A stretch of 64,000 bases of DNA, from contig OZ024740.1 of assembly GCA_964016885.1 (NCBI GenBank), forward strand, positions 345,774,001 to 345,838,000, read 5' to 3'. Position 1 is the stretch's first letter, and each line of letters begins with the position of its first letter. The notes below the pieces were generated by a model, which was not told the origin of the DNA, made no database searches, and was given only the letters and a program-made list of their open reading frames with translations. The translations under genes were made by a program, and so were the position numbers. The DNA is from Eledone cirrhosa (taxonomy: Eukaryota). Positions 44,648 to 60,032 of this stretch are shown here, in pieces.

Positions 44648-45828
44648 TTGTTGTTTGTTTGAGCTTGTACCTTTGTATCAGATTGTGTCTATATTTACAA
44701 TATGAGAATGTAATGTAGACACCACCTTCTCCCTACCTCAAGCCCAACTTACTAAAATGTAAATTAGATAAATATATTCGAATGATCTTTATGAGAGATA
44801 TATACAGATCACGAATAAACACATGCATCACAGTATATTTTCTGTCATTTGAAATTGAGATATTTCTTACTGAATGTTCTCGATATGAATTTAAATATGA
44901 AATAAATTATAACTATGAAGGCAATGCTCACGCATAGTAAATAGATGAGAGTAATGTAATCTCAATTGTACCATACAGAATATGTAAGTATATATTGCAT
45001 TAAATATGAGAAATAATACGTTTTTAAATGTGAAGGTACTGTATCGTTGTTATATATTTTTGTATTTACACCGTTTTAACATGGACTGATGCTAAACAAA
45101 TGGTAAACGCTATATCTAAGCACACGTCGACGCATACGTACTCATACCTCCCGCACATACTCGCACATATATATATATATATATGTATGTTTATATTTAA
45201 TCATTTATTTATCTATTTTGATATAACTTTTCCTTTTTATATCAGTCAATATTTCATGTGTAAAAGCAACTTCATTGTTGTTGATTTTGTTGTTCGTAAG
45301 ATTGTTCTTGTGTTTTCATTGATTTACAGTCTTCCTCGATATATTCAGCATTTTTCTAACCGAGTGAGAACATTCTAGAAACGGTAGCTTCCCATCGGAT
45401 GAATGGCAGGTGATAATACGTTTCATGTGCAACTTGATCAAAAGGTGCCAAATAATCTCTGTTGGCTATGAATATTGATGAAAACATCGTGCACATCACA
45501 TCTTCCAATGTCAATCATTATTTGACACTTGCACCCTGACCGAAATATATTAATGTTAATATGTTTATTTTCGAAACTGGTGTGTAAGTTCATTCCCACT
45601 GCTCAACACCAATTTATATAAATTGCGATATTGGAAAATAAATAAATAAAAATGATTAAAAAAAGGAAAAGAACATAAATTGTATATGCAAAAATAGCTT
45701 AAACAATGCTAAAGTCTTAGACAAATGTTGCTTTTTTTATCACAAATATACTGACATACGTATACGATATTTAACAAACACACGAACACACATACCACAA
45801 AAAATAAAAGAAGACCAATGATCATTCG

Positions 45829-45886
45829 AGAAGAAGAAGAAGAAGAAGAAGAAGAAGAAGAAGAAGAAGAAGAAGAAGAAGAAGAA
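45829..45886. repeat. (GAA)n microsatellite
   Basis: Direct reading. Confidence 0.95.
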
Positions 45887-48021
45887 GCCCTAAGTTTTTG
45901 CTCCCTATGTTGACTGCGATACGATCCATCAAACATAAACAAAGCAGTACTTTCTATTCATGGGCATTGCTGTCATAGTTCTAATTAATTTCATTAAGAT
46001 TTAATTTCATTAAGATTTAATTTCATACTGAGATTCTATTTTACAATATATATCAATTCATCTAATCGAGGGATTTATTCAGTTGACGATAGAATTTAAT
46101 CTTTCAGAACTTCGGTGTTGAGGTTTTCGATTTCTTGATGGCATGTCTGTTGTAGGGAGAACTGGTCAACAAAATGGTCCATGTGGAAGACATGTAGATT
46201 TCGTTTTGTATTCCCGTTTTTTTGTGCACGAGCTTTGCCTGACTGATATTAAAAGATTTTGCTATGTGAATCTATTATTTTAAGAAATTATTGAAGACTA
46301 CCATTTCATATGCTGTTAATTACTCTTGATATTGTTTTACTGCTATGATTTATGTTTATGGGTACAAATGTTTGCCAACCTTTTGATTATCTAAGTTTGC
46401 TATGATTTTGTTTTAACTTTTTAATACTGTGCTTCTTTTGTTTCCGTGTGATTTTGATGTATCGTGTTTGGATGTTATAAGGTTGTTTCTTCCCATATGT
46501 AGATGAGTCTATAATTTTCTGATGAATGTATAAAAATTGTGCCTTTTTTATTTATCGTGGTGTTGTACACCGAGGAAGTGTTAACCACATATCTGTGGAG
46601 GCTAGGTTTGGGGCCCATGAGATATTGTTTGGGCAGGGGTAACAATTGAAGTGTGTATGTGTTGGTACAGATTGTTTAGGATGTAAAATAAGTTTATTTA
46701 TCTGTATTGAACACTTGGTTGGTGGCCAGTATAGAATACGAAACACCCATCACCAGACACACGTTTCATCCTCTTCTTACCAGTAGTTTCGTCATAATGT
46801 TTGAGTTTATTCTGAATAGAAGTATATCAGTTCTTTGAATTCAAGATAGAAAACAATTGTTTAAAGCATTCGACCAAATCATTATCTGACAATGTTGGAT
46901 ATAGCTACACTATTTCGTGACATGTTTGATAGACTGTTACACGAACCAAAGCAATTATTCTTTGTATAATTACATAGAGAAATCAAGTAATTTTGCACTG
47001 ATATAGACATATCAATCTCTTGCAATTTAAATATTGCTCTTTTGTACCGCGGTAAATCATTCAAGTAGAATAATATCACTGAAACCGAAGTGCAATGGAT
47101 AATAACATAAACATCACCAATAAGAAGAACAGTGTGAGATCAAAACAAAACGGAATAAAACAAATGCTGTTAAAACTATTCAATTTTACATCGTTTTAAG
47201 TTCCTGGATTATTTATGCAAGATCCTCCAGCACTAGAATCTATGGATTAAAATAAAAGCAAGTAGTCAATAATAAAAACACCACTGAAAACTAGTAAAAT
47301 GAAAGATTTTAAACAAGCGCATAAATGGGCAGATTTTAATCTACCCCAGGCCCATATCAGAAGCTTGGTAATATGAGAAAGAAACAAAATATAAAAAACA
47401 AAAAAAATAGGGAAAGGATATCGATAGCAATTTGGAATATAATAATAATGTGTGGGATAGAGAGCGTGGAATAGTCGTGTTCTAGTATTATTTCTTTTCA
47501 TGAAATATATATACTTCTTAATTTCATAACGCTTTTCTTTTCAGAAATCAAACCAGGGATGAAATAGAATCGAATAATTGTTTGGTAGCAGATAAATATA
47601 TATGATTTATTTATAACTATTAATTTTGATAAGTAAAGAAATTATGTTCATTTATATCACCATATTCGCAGAATGTGACAGAATAGTTTCGTGTAGTAAG
47701 CGGATGTTTATTTGACTGATAGAACGGGTACATTTGGTGTGGCAAAATCAGTGTCAAGATTAAAATCTCTATCCGTACTTTAAGAGTCTTATCCCTGTCC
47801 AATCTGATGCAATTCTGCGAACCACATTTCTTGTATGAGGTTAACAAGTCATTTTGCATCCCACTACAGAAACTCCTAAATCGGTTGTTATTTTTTGTCC
47901 TCTACAATTTTAAAAGTGTGCCACATTCCTTCCTTTTACTAATCCATAAAAGCATAACGGCTATTACAATTTTAAAATATGCTTCTGTTTTTCTTCAAGC
48001 AAGTCGTTATTATGTTTCAGT

Positions 48022-48209
48022 CGGTGGATTGGCAGTATCGGTAGAGGGTCAGACGCCATGCTTTGAAGCATAGTGTTACCTCCCTTTATGATCTGAGTTC
48101 AAATCCCGCCGAGGTTAACTTTGCCTTTCATCCTTACGGGGTCGATAAAATAAAGTCCCAGTAATACACTAGGATAATTGCTGGCCTTGTGCCAAACGTA
48201 GAAACAATA
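48022..48209 (+). mobile_element. Full-length tRNA-derived SINE
   Basis: 10-bp TSD ATGTTTCAGT (48012-48021, 48210-48219). Confidence 0.92.
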
Positions 48210-48694
48210 ATGTTTCAGTATGACGGCGCCCGTACGAAACCATCATGAGATAAGCAGACAAAACTAAGCAATAAGACAACTATTCTTTTTTTGTGTTGAG
48301 GGAGAAGGGGGTAGTTTATATCGTACCAGATCCAGTAGCTACGTAAACATAACTAAAACAAAATGATTGCAGAAATGAAAGGGTAATGCCCACACACACA
48401 CACATACACATACACACATCCCACACACAAACGATTTCTGATATTTCATACAATTTCAAATTTCAATACGTTGTTGATTTAGATTCCACTGAGATGTGCA
48501 TATAACACTAATCCTTCCAGGGTTGATAATTTAAGTACCACGATTAGATTGGGTTCGAATTAATCGACTGTGACTCAGCTCAAATAACGAGCTATTGTCC
48601 CGCTGCAGGAAACCGTAATTATGTTCATGTTTTTGTGTGATGCTTAATGATGATAACAGTTAAGATCGACTTAACCGTTACCAGTATTATAGAA

Positions 48695-48711
48695 ATGATG
48701 ATGATGACGAC

Positions 48712-48796
<85 letters not shown>
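48695..48796. repeat. (GAT)n microsatellite
   Basis: Direct reading. Confidence 0.95.
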
Positions 48797-49297
48797 TTGA
48801 AGAATGATGATTAGAATGTTTGTTATTACTTCCATTACATTTTCATAATGTCAATGTAGAATTCCTTTCTCAAGTTTGTCGAATAAGACTTGTGTCACTA
48901 TGGTAGTGTTAATATAGATAATGATTAAGCATAAGAAAGATATAGTTTCACAGTTAACGTAGCTAGGTGTTTAATTTCATTGATTAACACGTATTGTTGG
49001 CGTTAAACCTTGCGAGAAAACTTTTACTTACAATCAACATCGAGCTAAGCTAAGTCTGTCGACACTAGGAAGTGAGAATATCTTTAACCTAATCAGAAAA
49101 ACAGAGAACATTGTTGTCTATTATAGAAAAAAATCAACATTAACACGAAAAAAAGGAGAAAAAAACGAAAACCATACAGCCCCCCCCCCCCCAAAAAAAA
49201 AATCAACAAAAGATTCAAGTGACCATCGCTAAAATCTGTAATTTATAATTCCGTTTTTCTATTTCTTTTTTTTGTGTATATATATATATGCGCGCGC

Positions 49298-49328
<31 letters not shown>

Positions 49329-49348
49329 TTTGTGTTTTTACACACACG

Positions 49349-49425
<77 letters not shown>

Positions 49426-49685
49426 TATATATATGTATATTATATATACTGTAAAGATTTTCAATTGCTAATTGGAGATTGTTATTCTCAGACAGGGGCC
49501 ATAGTCCGAATGCTTAAAACAGTGTGAGCTCTGTAGTAGCGCAAACGGAACCGAATGGCTATGTGATGGTTTTAGAAAAGCCTTGGCTTATATTTGAGGT
49601 CTCTCAAATCGTAAATAGATAAGGAACATTTGAAAGCTACAATCAAAATCTCATTCGTGTCCCTAAATATAAAATAATACCTTAC

Positions 49686-49712
49686 CACAATTTTCTCAGG
49701 CACAATGTCACA
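49686..49712 (-). CDS. Candidate 27-nt microexon (CDIVPEKIV if phase 0)
   Basis: Minus strand ...tctgccatcactatattttcag|TGTGACATTGTGCCTGAGAAAATTGTG|gtaagg; length divisible by 3. Confidence 0.3.
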
Positions 49713-49887
49713 CTGAAAATATAGTGATGGCAGATGAAGTGACGATTGTCTGATCACGCGTTCGGTTGCGGCTTATGTTGAAAAGACAGCGGCGTCTAGA
49801 ATTTCTAGAATTTGTGATTTTGTATTACCATTTTGATGTATGTCTTTATCAAGATGAGCCTCCATCAAAGGTAGACATAGCTTAAGA

Positions 49888-49945
<58 letters not shown>

Positions 49946-50030
49946 AATATATAGATAGATAGATAGATAGATAGATACACATGCACTCGCACACAAACTA
50001 TATATATATATATATATATATTTATTAAAA

Positions 50031-50425
50031 TAACAGATTAAAGTTTAAGCAAAGAATCGCTGCTTTCACCCTTAACGGGATCTTCTGACACTAACAAAGT
50101 CAATCTGTAAACGCAGAACTGGATATTTCACAAAACGTTGCAACCGGAGGAAGACAGGAAGACGATACTTTGGTTCGTGGAAACGTTCGCTGGCGAAGAA
50201 CGGGAAAAAACGAAAATAATACGTCATTAATAGGAGCGGTGAAAAACAATTACGCGCAAAGACAGAACCACGTTCATGGTATAAAAGAGGTCGTAGACTA
50301 ATGTTCTCTTAGGTGGTGCATAGAGACGTTCTCTGGCAATGAACGAAAAAAACGAAGATAATACGTCATATGTGGTGCGTGGAGAACAATAGCACGCAAA
50401 GACAAAACCACGTAAATGGTATAGC
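50031..50425. mobile_element. (TA)n-flanked island with a degenerate minus-strand HHR-like motif (50055-50090) and a two-copy internal repeat
   Basis: Minus strand CAGAAGA-TCCC gttaa GGGT-GAAA; repeat at ~50172-50283/50315-50423; first ~20 nt shared with the island at 12447. Confidence 0.5.
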
Positions 50426-51399
50426 TGAATATATATATATGCTTATCGTATTATTATGAACTTATATTTAGTTCTTGCTTTAACTTCAACCGTAATAAGG
50501 ATTGCTAATTTAACGAAAATTAGTTAAAAGGTATTCATTTTAAACTAATCATGTCTGAAATTGTAACACATCTCCTAGTCAAAAGTGCAGTTTATTCTAG
50601 CATGACATATTGTTCAACTGCTTCACCATTCATATTTTAACATAACAAAATTGCAAATCAAAATGTTATCAATATGCACATGTCTATACATATACCCTTC
50701 ATTTGGAATTGAATGTTCTTCATTGTGCATCGTTTCTTTTCTAATTTTCACATATTCTGGGAAGCAGCACTAGACATAAGGCAGCCCTCTAAATAAATTA
50801 ACAATAGCCACCACCCCCACTACATTGCATTACATATAAAATGAGAACAACGTTGAACTGAAATATGTCAAATTGAACACATTATATAATATTGATCTAT
50901 AGCTTACGAACAGTTTTCTCTAATAAACGCGATGCACCTGACTTATCTATAAACTGTATTTATGCTTGCCCCCGATGGTCAATATACGACAATATACTCT
51001 TGCTTCATATGCTTTTATCACTAACTCAATGTCTTAACAATAAATAAATATGTACATAAATTGAAGATAATATCATGACCTATATCTATTGAACCACATA
51101 GAATTTGTGCTCGCAGTTGATTTACGATGATTATAGATCAACTTGCTGCTCTCTTTCGAATGTCCATGCCAAAACATAGATGAGACAATATATTATAAGT
51201 TGTTACTGTCGTTTCGGATACTTAGTTCGCTGAAAATGTTCCACGGTGATAGAGAATCCATTTATGGACATCATTTTGATTTTAATCTTTCACGCTCTCT
51301 CAACCGCCCTGTCTCAATCTCTTCTTCTCTCACTATCTTCCTCGACATCTGTCTATCAGTAACTTTGTTATGTTCTCAAAACAACAACAATAACATAAC

Positions 51400-51488
51400 A
51401 GTAGCGGAGAGAGCAGTAGAAACAGTTGCGGGGACAGCAGCAGCAGCAGAAGAGGCAGTAGCAACTTCTGGAGCAGCAGCAACAGCAA

Positions 51489-51533
<45 letters not shown>

Positions 51534-51685
51534 AAGTAGCATCAGCAGCATCGGTAGTAGTAGTAGTAGTAGTAGTAGCAGCAGCAGCAGCAGCAGCACT
51601 AGTAGTAGTAGTACTAGTAGTAGTAGTAGCAGCAGCAGCAGCAGCAGCAACAGTAGCAACAGCAAGAGTAGCAGCAGCAGCAGCG
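51400..51685. repeat. Compound (GTA)n/(GCA)n trinucleotide repeat
   Basis: Direct reading. Confidence 0.9.
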
Positions 51686-53985
51686 ATATTTTTAATGTTG
51701 ATGTAAATTTTGTAATTCTTGGCGTTGTTGTTCAGTAGCATTGGTCACCTCAGCTCAAAATGAATTATTGCATGGAAATGACAACCGATCGAATATTTGG
51801 TGGGAAACTATATGGTGTTGTGGATATACTATATTTCAGTATCTTCGGGAATTATTCTACTCACTCTGACGTGCAGGGTTCAACCACAGTGACTTTATAG
51901 TTATCAACAACTCAAGACACCTTTACTTCATTATAAATTTCAATCTGGAAACATTAAATATTTTTGTTATGACAACACATGGGTAGTTTTGTGAATTTAA
52001 ATTAAGTATAATTCATGAACTAAAACATTTCGTTTCTCATTCTGGTTTGGTTCTCGAACGCATTCCTTCACGTATTCACTGGTTCAAAATTTAGCCCTGC
52101 TAAATATTAAATTATTCCAAACTGCTTTAACGTGGTGAATCGACAGGATCTCTAGAGCGTACTCCAAAATGTTCTTCGCTATTTGAGTTAACTTTCAATG
52201 CATTGTGTTGAAATCTCTCCGGATTTTATAACAGAAAGTAGCAGATTGGGGAAATTATTTAAGTATCAGATGAAATGTCTTGAAGTAGTTGTATCATGTT
52301 CAAATACCGTTTTGGATTATCTGAGTTAATCAGTCACAGGATTTCACAGCATCATTCTGTTAAAATTAGTTTGGCCAGATGTGCACGGCTGTCTTCCCCT
52401 GACTAAAGAATAAGATGAAATGTAGAAGAATGAAGTTCACATCTCATGCAGTTGATTTACACTGTCATCTGGAAATTTATCACTATTTAAATTTGTGGCG
52501 AGAAAACATGAGTGTGCATCATATTATCGAAATACGGGAATTCCGAATAATGTGTTAAGTAGAAGCTGCGAGACGTGATTAAAGGGCCATAACAGCAAAC
52601 GAAAGCAGTGATTTTAAGGGATTTTCATTCTTAAAATCTGTATTCAAATGATAGAATGATTTCAATATCATTTGCAAATCTCTGTAATACACAATCATGG
52701 CTTATTGCTGGACATTTCTATCCAGCCTCATTTGAGATGGCATGAAACAGCATGTGGTTACGGTAAACAAGCATAATTGTGTTTCATATTAATATGGGAT
52801 GATAACATTCCCACCAATAAGAAAAATTATATTGTGGAATGATTCCACTCTTAATAGTGTAAGAAATTTTGCTTTGAAGTAAGAATTCTTCGCCAAGAAA
52901 ATAATGACGTTAAAAAAAAAATAACTGTAGGCAAATAGTTGCTGTAATCGGAGATAAATAGGAACATCAATCAAATTAGCAGCAACAGTATAATATGTTG
53001 GGCGTACGTATAGTTGTAATATAAACAACATCATTCGTATTAACATCAGTTTTTCTGGACATATATTAGCGCTTTAGCCCTAATAAATAAGATGATGAAT
53101 ATTATTTTTTCAAGGATATGTTGCTGATATGTTTATTCAATATTAAACAAATATACATTTAGTGTTTTTGGAACTGTGCCGCTTTATAATTCACATTATT
53201 TTGTTATATATAGCGTGTTCGGACTTCATACAGTAATTCTATTTACGCATTCAAGCAACCACACTGACAAATACATATACACATGTAAATATGAACACAC
53301 ATACACTGGTACAAAATACAGGCTTGTACGCACACGGACGAATTGATGGTTAAGGCGACAAACAGAAAATTGTTGTTTATATAAATCTATCATTTCCTCG
53401 CCATTTGCTTTATATTTTCTATCTCCTCCTTCTATCCACAGACTATTTTTTTAGCATAAAATAATCTGACCTTTGACTTAACAGACAGCATTATCTATCT
53501 CTTTCCATTTAACAGACTCTTACGCTTTCCTTTAGCTCTTCGATTTATCTTCTTTTCGCTTTTCGCTTTCTCCCTTTCCTACAGCAACCACCCAACTCTC
53601 GCCCAATTCACCAACTCTACCGCCGACCAACCAACTTCTTTCTTTCCTATTTTCTCTTTATATGGTGGTTTATATAAAAATCTCATCATCTCAACCATCA
53701 TGCATCATGTCCGAAGTACCATTGTCTCGTATGATTAATTTCTGAACTAGCCACGCGTATTAATTCAGCTTCATCGACGTGGCTTATTGACAAATAATAG
53801 CCAGACGAGCGACCATCTGTGTCACAGACAAGTACTGATCTATTAGGGAACCAACAGGAAGGTTCATGACACTAGTGGGTCTTGCACGGGGGAAAGGAAA
53901 AATATGACCAAAGTCAGATTGAAGTGAAGAATAACAATAAATAAATATATAAATAAATAAATGAATAATAAGAAAAATCTGCCGC

Positions 53986-54016
<31 letters not shown>

Positions 54017-54810
54017 ATTTTCCTTATTTTGCCACAGGGACGACAGAAATGGGAATATTGCGAAAATGAAAATAATTATAATAGTAAGGGTATGACATCT
54101 TGACAACAAAATTTACAGCATAGTAAAGAATACTATTCAGAAGGACAAGAAGAAATTAAGAAAACCTAAGATCAAAACAAAATAAATAAATAAATAAATG
54201 AATAAAGATGGAAAACAGCAGAAATGAAAACAAAAATGAAGGGAAACAAAAACATCAAGATGATGCAGGTTGAAAAATGGCTTAGTATCAAAAAATGAAG
54301 TATAGGAATAAAAGAAAAACAAGAAAAGAAAATCGTAAAGAGGTTTAGAAAAATAACAGAAGAGAGTAGAAATAAAAATAAAAATAAAAATAAAAAAAAT
54401 GAAATATATACAGAAAGAAGAAAAAGAAAACAGACAAACGTGAAAGAAAGGAAGAACAAAATGAAAGACGTCACAGCGAAATATTTAATGTGCTCTGTGT
54501 GCCAAAGTTCATGTAGCACTGACAATATTTTAGGGTCAGCTAACGCAATGAGCCGTGGCTCAACGTTTCGCTGAAGATGTTGAAGAGAAGGAAAATTTTC
54601 TGACAGAGAATCAACCGCTTAACATCAGTATCAATTGCTAAATGTTGCCCGATGTATCTTTCGTTCTTTTACAATAAGCCTAAGAGTTTCTTTTTTACTT
54701 GTCATGTGTATATATATATGTATATATATATATATATGACAAGTAAAAGAGAGAGAAAAGAATAAGAATTATGTACATATATTTGTATATATAGACATAT
54801 GTTTATATAC

Positions 54811-54891
<81 letters not shown>

Positions 54892-55352
54892 GGTGTGTGG
54901 GTGATGTGTGTGTATGTGTGTGGGTGATGTGTGTGTATGTGTGTGTGTTTGTGTATGTATATGTATGAATATATATATACATTGGTGTGTATATGTGTTA
55001 AATTCGTGAAATATTGTCACAACTATTTTTCTACATTTTTTATTTCAAGTACGATATTCATCATATTCTTCTTCCTTTGTTAATATTGTTTATTTATTGA
55101 AATATTCATTTATTTGTTGATGTTTTCTGCATGTATATATTTTTGTTTCTGTTATTTACTTAGAGGTTTATTATATTTTTTCATTTCTCTGTAATATCTT
55201 GTCAACTTAGGCCCACCTTTAAATTGGGGACATTAATCAAAGCTATATAAAATTTCAGTCTTTGTTAAATGCAAGCCCTACCCTATGGCACACATACGCA
55301 CACATACAGACACACACACACCCACAAACACATATATACATATATATATACT

Positions 55353-55416
<64 letters not shown>

Positions 55417-55693
55417 CTAAGATATGTGTGTGTGTGTTTGTATGTGCGTGTGTGTCCGCCATGGGTTCAATCAGGGGTAACCACAATAAGTAAGGTACTC
55501 AAAACATTAGTAGAGTGTAAACATTATGATTAATATAGAAATTGCTTCTACAGCTGTTTTACAATGACAGTTGGATTTCCTGATGATTTCCGTCGAAGCC
55601 ATTTCTATATTAAACATGATATATATATATATATTTGCTTTCAAGAAACCACTGGTAAATGAAATGATTGCCTTATGTTGTTTATTACATAAC

Positions 55694-55777
<84 letters not shown>

Positions 55778-55778
55778 A

Positions 55779-55814
<36 letters not shown>

Positions 55815-56159
55815 CTGTGTGCGTGTACGATTCTGTCCCTGTATTAGTAGAAAAATCTACAGATTATTCAACTTTTAAAATATATACGTCATCAAACATA
55901 CACAAATAGACACTTAGAAACAAACGCACAGAAAGGTGTGCCTGCGCCTGGCAATGTATATGGTATATGCATGTGTGCAGTTTTGTTACTTAGGATAATC
56001 TTTTTATTCTTGTAAATAAATTTCATATTCATATTCCTTCAAATATGTATTTTATATTAATCGCTGAATGTATACAATTATTACAAGTGCATTAGCGCCA
56101 CTGTGTAATGTAATCTGTTCATCATCAATACAAGCGACATATTCCAGCAATACAGTTTC

Positions 56160-56267
<108 letters not shown>

Positions 56268-56484
56268 ACTAAGATAGTTATTCACGCATGTATCATCGGC
56301 TAGCATCGACGGGTTCACGTGTCTTGTTAAAAATAGCAACCACATATATCCCAAACCACTTCATGCTAACTAAAAACAATATCCATTGAAACAAAATCTA
56401 ATAAATCTAAATTGGATGTTTGCCCAAGTTAGAATGGTTGCGATCCGACTTAACTCTAGAATCGGTAGCTCCTCGTTCTTGTGG

Positions 56485-56526
<42 letters not shown>

Positions 56527-56713
56527 TGTATCCGTACACACAACTTTTTTTCCCTTTTCAGATAGACGCGCTCGATCACAACCTTTTATACTCAAAACGC
56601 CAGTATCAACAGTTTTCCAAGAGATGGCAACATTTTCTTCTAAAATATTTATATTAGTTTCCATCCTGCCCATCTACTCAATCTTTATATTTTATCTTTA
56701 ATTTATAATTCTA

Positions 56714-56749
56714 TTTTCTGATGAATGACTAGCGTCCGAAACGTTAAGA
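56714..56749 (+). ncRNA. Minimal hammerhead ribozyme (further family)
   Basis: TTTT-CTGATGA(56718)-aTGAC tagc GTCC-GAAA-CG-TT^-AAGA; the island is flanked by (TA)n. Confidence 0.55.
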
Positions 56750-56844
56750 CTCTGTTCCTATTATATGAAGCGTAAAACTAATGTTATATTTATTCCTTGT
56801 ACTGTGCCGTTTGCTTTCTTCTTTCTGTTTGCCTCTTGCATATA

Positions 56845-56904
<60 letters not shown>

Positions 56905-57665
56905 TACAACCATGGTAATCTCATATATTTGTTTCCATCCGTGGGTAACAATATATGAATGTTTATCATTCCTTCTATTTATTTGCTTATTCTTTCTATT
57001 ATAGCTGGCCTAAGTTAAATCGTCTTTTCCCTATTGGTTATTAGAGAAAATTTAAGCGTTAATTTACATTTAGTGTCATCTTTAACCCTAAAGCTGTCTC
57101 ATAAATCTATGTAATTAGATCACTCTAAAAATATTTATCACAATTAACAAGCCAATGCCCATGTGTCACAATGTACTGAATGGTTAAGGTGTGTTTTTAT
57201 GACAGTGTCTTATTCCCAATTGACAAGCGAAAATTGAATTTACAGTTTTCTATGGTGTCAACAAGTGAGATGGTCACTGATGGACACAAACACCCTACTG
57301 GGTCTTTATTTAAAGTTTTGGGTCACTGGCCTAAGACTGTCATTCTACATGAGGGTCACCCGCAGGGGAGCTATGTAAACTGATTCTATTTTCTTAGCGA
57401 GTTGATTCGTTCGTTTCATTCGTACATTTCAATTTATAGTTTTAAGCCTATTCGTTTAGGTGAAGTTGTATGTGTGTGACTATCCATACACACGCACATT
57501 TTCTCTCGCTCTCTCTCGCACACCGAGTAGTTAGACTGGGTTTACATATTATGCATATAAGTGAAATTACATTCTGGATAATAATACAAAATGAATTCAA
57601 ATAGAGACATGATGTATAAGATGTGTGTTATATACACAAACAAACACACGCACACATATACACAC

Positions 57666-57709
<44 letters not shown>

Positions 57710-57942
57710 TTAAAAGAATAGAGGTGTAACACACAAGTTATTATATATTGGTAAACGGAACAGCACGGACACTCTATCTCAAAATTATTTTTGAAAAGCA
57801 TTTAGAAATGCGCAACCGGTAAAAACTTAAAAACTTAAAACCACAACTGAATACTAACCCATACAATCACTAATACTCTTTTATTCCTAATTAAACCATT
57901 TTTCAACTGTGAACAGTTTGTCAGCATTTTCTATTCCGTTTA

Positions 57943-58006
<64 letters not shown>

Positions 58007-58531
58007 CATGTATATATATATATATACGAGACAAACCACAACGGAAACACAACACTTCCATCTCTGTTCTAATTTTGAAAATCATACGAACATCGTTTGA
58101 AAATCGTCGTACTGTAAATCGTGTATTTTGCAACATTCATCTAAATCGTTAACTGGTTTCTTTTTATAGTCTGTCGTAAATGGACCACAATAATTATAAA
58201 ATGGTAAATGTAAAGGCATAATTTACATCTAATCGGCTAGCATTAATGCATCACGGCTGTTAAAGTAAATAAATACATATTCTTAAAACACTCCAGTTGC
58301 ATTTTCAAATTCTTTTTCTTACAATTTCATCAGTATGGGACATCATATATTTAAACAGCTCTGTAACGCCAGACGCCAGACGAAACGAATATGTTTTGTT
58401 TTCTTTTGTCACACTATTTTATAAAAAACACTTCATTTCTGGCGATGGATAGAATTGATGAGACGTCTTCCGCCTCTCAAAATAAATATACCTCTTGCTT
58501 TTAGTGAAAAGAAAGAATGAAAGAAGGAAAG

Positions 58532-58584
<53 letters not shown>

Positions 58585-59877
58585 GGCATATATTTCATGT
58601 TTTAATCCATGAATGCTGAAAGGCATAGTGATCCACGGGAAAGAAAGAACACTATCAATTATCCCAATGTATTTGTCCAAATCACTAACAACTCTGCGAT
58701 TCCACCTTAATAGATTGCAACATTTCATTAACCAGTTGAATGTTTTTGCTCTACATAGCTGAGAATTTTTTTTTTTTTGTACCAAACCTCAGTAAAACAT
58801 CAAGACTAACGTAAAACATATTCCCTTTCCAACACCTTTGCACACAACTGTCATCTCATGCCTGTGATTGTCTATTTCCGTTATCTAAAATAGGCTAGTG
58901 CACTCTATTGTATGTAGTGTATGTTTGCATACGTTAAATCCAACCTAGTGCAACGATAAACAAGGGACTTACACAAAATAAATATTATATTGAAAAGCAA
59001 AAGCTGACCAAAACATATAACATATACAATATGATTATATACATGTGCATCTTGATTTTAGTTGTTGAAATTTATTAAATATTACCAGGTTTCTCCGATG
59101 GTTGGTTCTATTAGAGAAATAAGTATTCATACTATTCCAATCATTACGGGCAGAATTCTGTAACCAGACATTTCATAATGTGGACAATCCCTATATCAGA
59201 ATTACAAACGCAACAAGTAAACTGAGCAGAAACACCCTTCACGCTCACCACCGATTTACTAAAATAGACTAGTTAATTGGCTATACACTTTTTCAAATAT
59301 GAAATATTTGCTTTTCTTAAAAAAATCAAAACTCTTAGATATAGATTTCTGTTTTAATTGATACCATATAATTAATATAATGCAGTAGAGCTTTTTATAT
59401 AGTTTCGATAATTTGCTTCACTGCTTTTCGTTCTCTATTCTTTTACAGGTCAATGTATTTTCCACCTATAATTTTGTCATCACATTAAATGTTGCAAAGG
59501 AAGGAGATGACTTCCGGTTAACAATTTGCTTTTTTCTACTTATTTCAGAAGTGATTTTCGTTTCTATTCACAAAGCTGATAAAAAATAAATACAAAACAC
59601 AAACGAATAAGTAAACACCAATGTCCTTCTAGTGCTTTCCTTCTGTAAACTACACAAGTATTTGTTTGCTTACGAATGAACAATACAATAAATGTTTATG
59701 AAAACATACTTGATATTTTTAATCTTGAGGACTTTTTCGGGTTAGGATTACAAAATCTCTGTCAAGTATATAAGTATTTCCAAAATAAGCCTAAACAGCA
59801 GGAGAAAATGAATTTGTGAAACTTATTTATAGCTACCTTCCTGTTTTTGTATCTATCAATGTAACAATATGAACTTG

Positions 59878-60032
<155 letters not shown>

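Noticed and set aside
51143-51741. Poly-V/A/T/L ORFs
   Set aside because: Produced by a compound trinucleotide repeat that is open in several frames; no splice or domain evidence.
55578-55606. CTGATGATTTCCGTCGAAG
   Set aside because: No GAAA and no helices.
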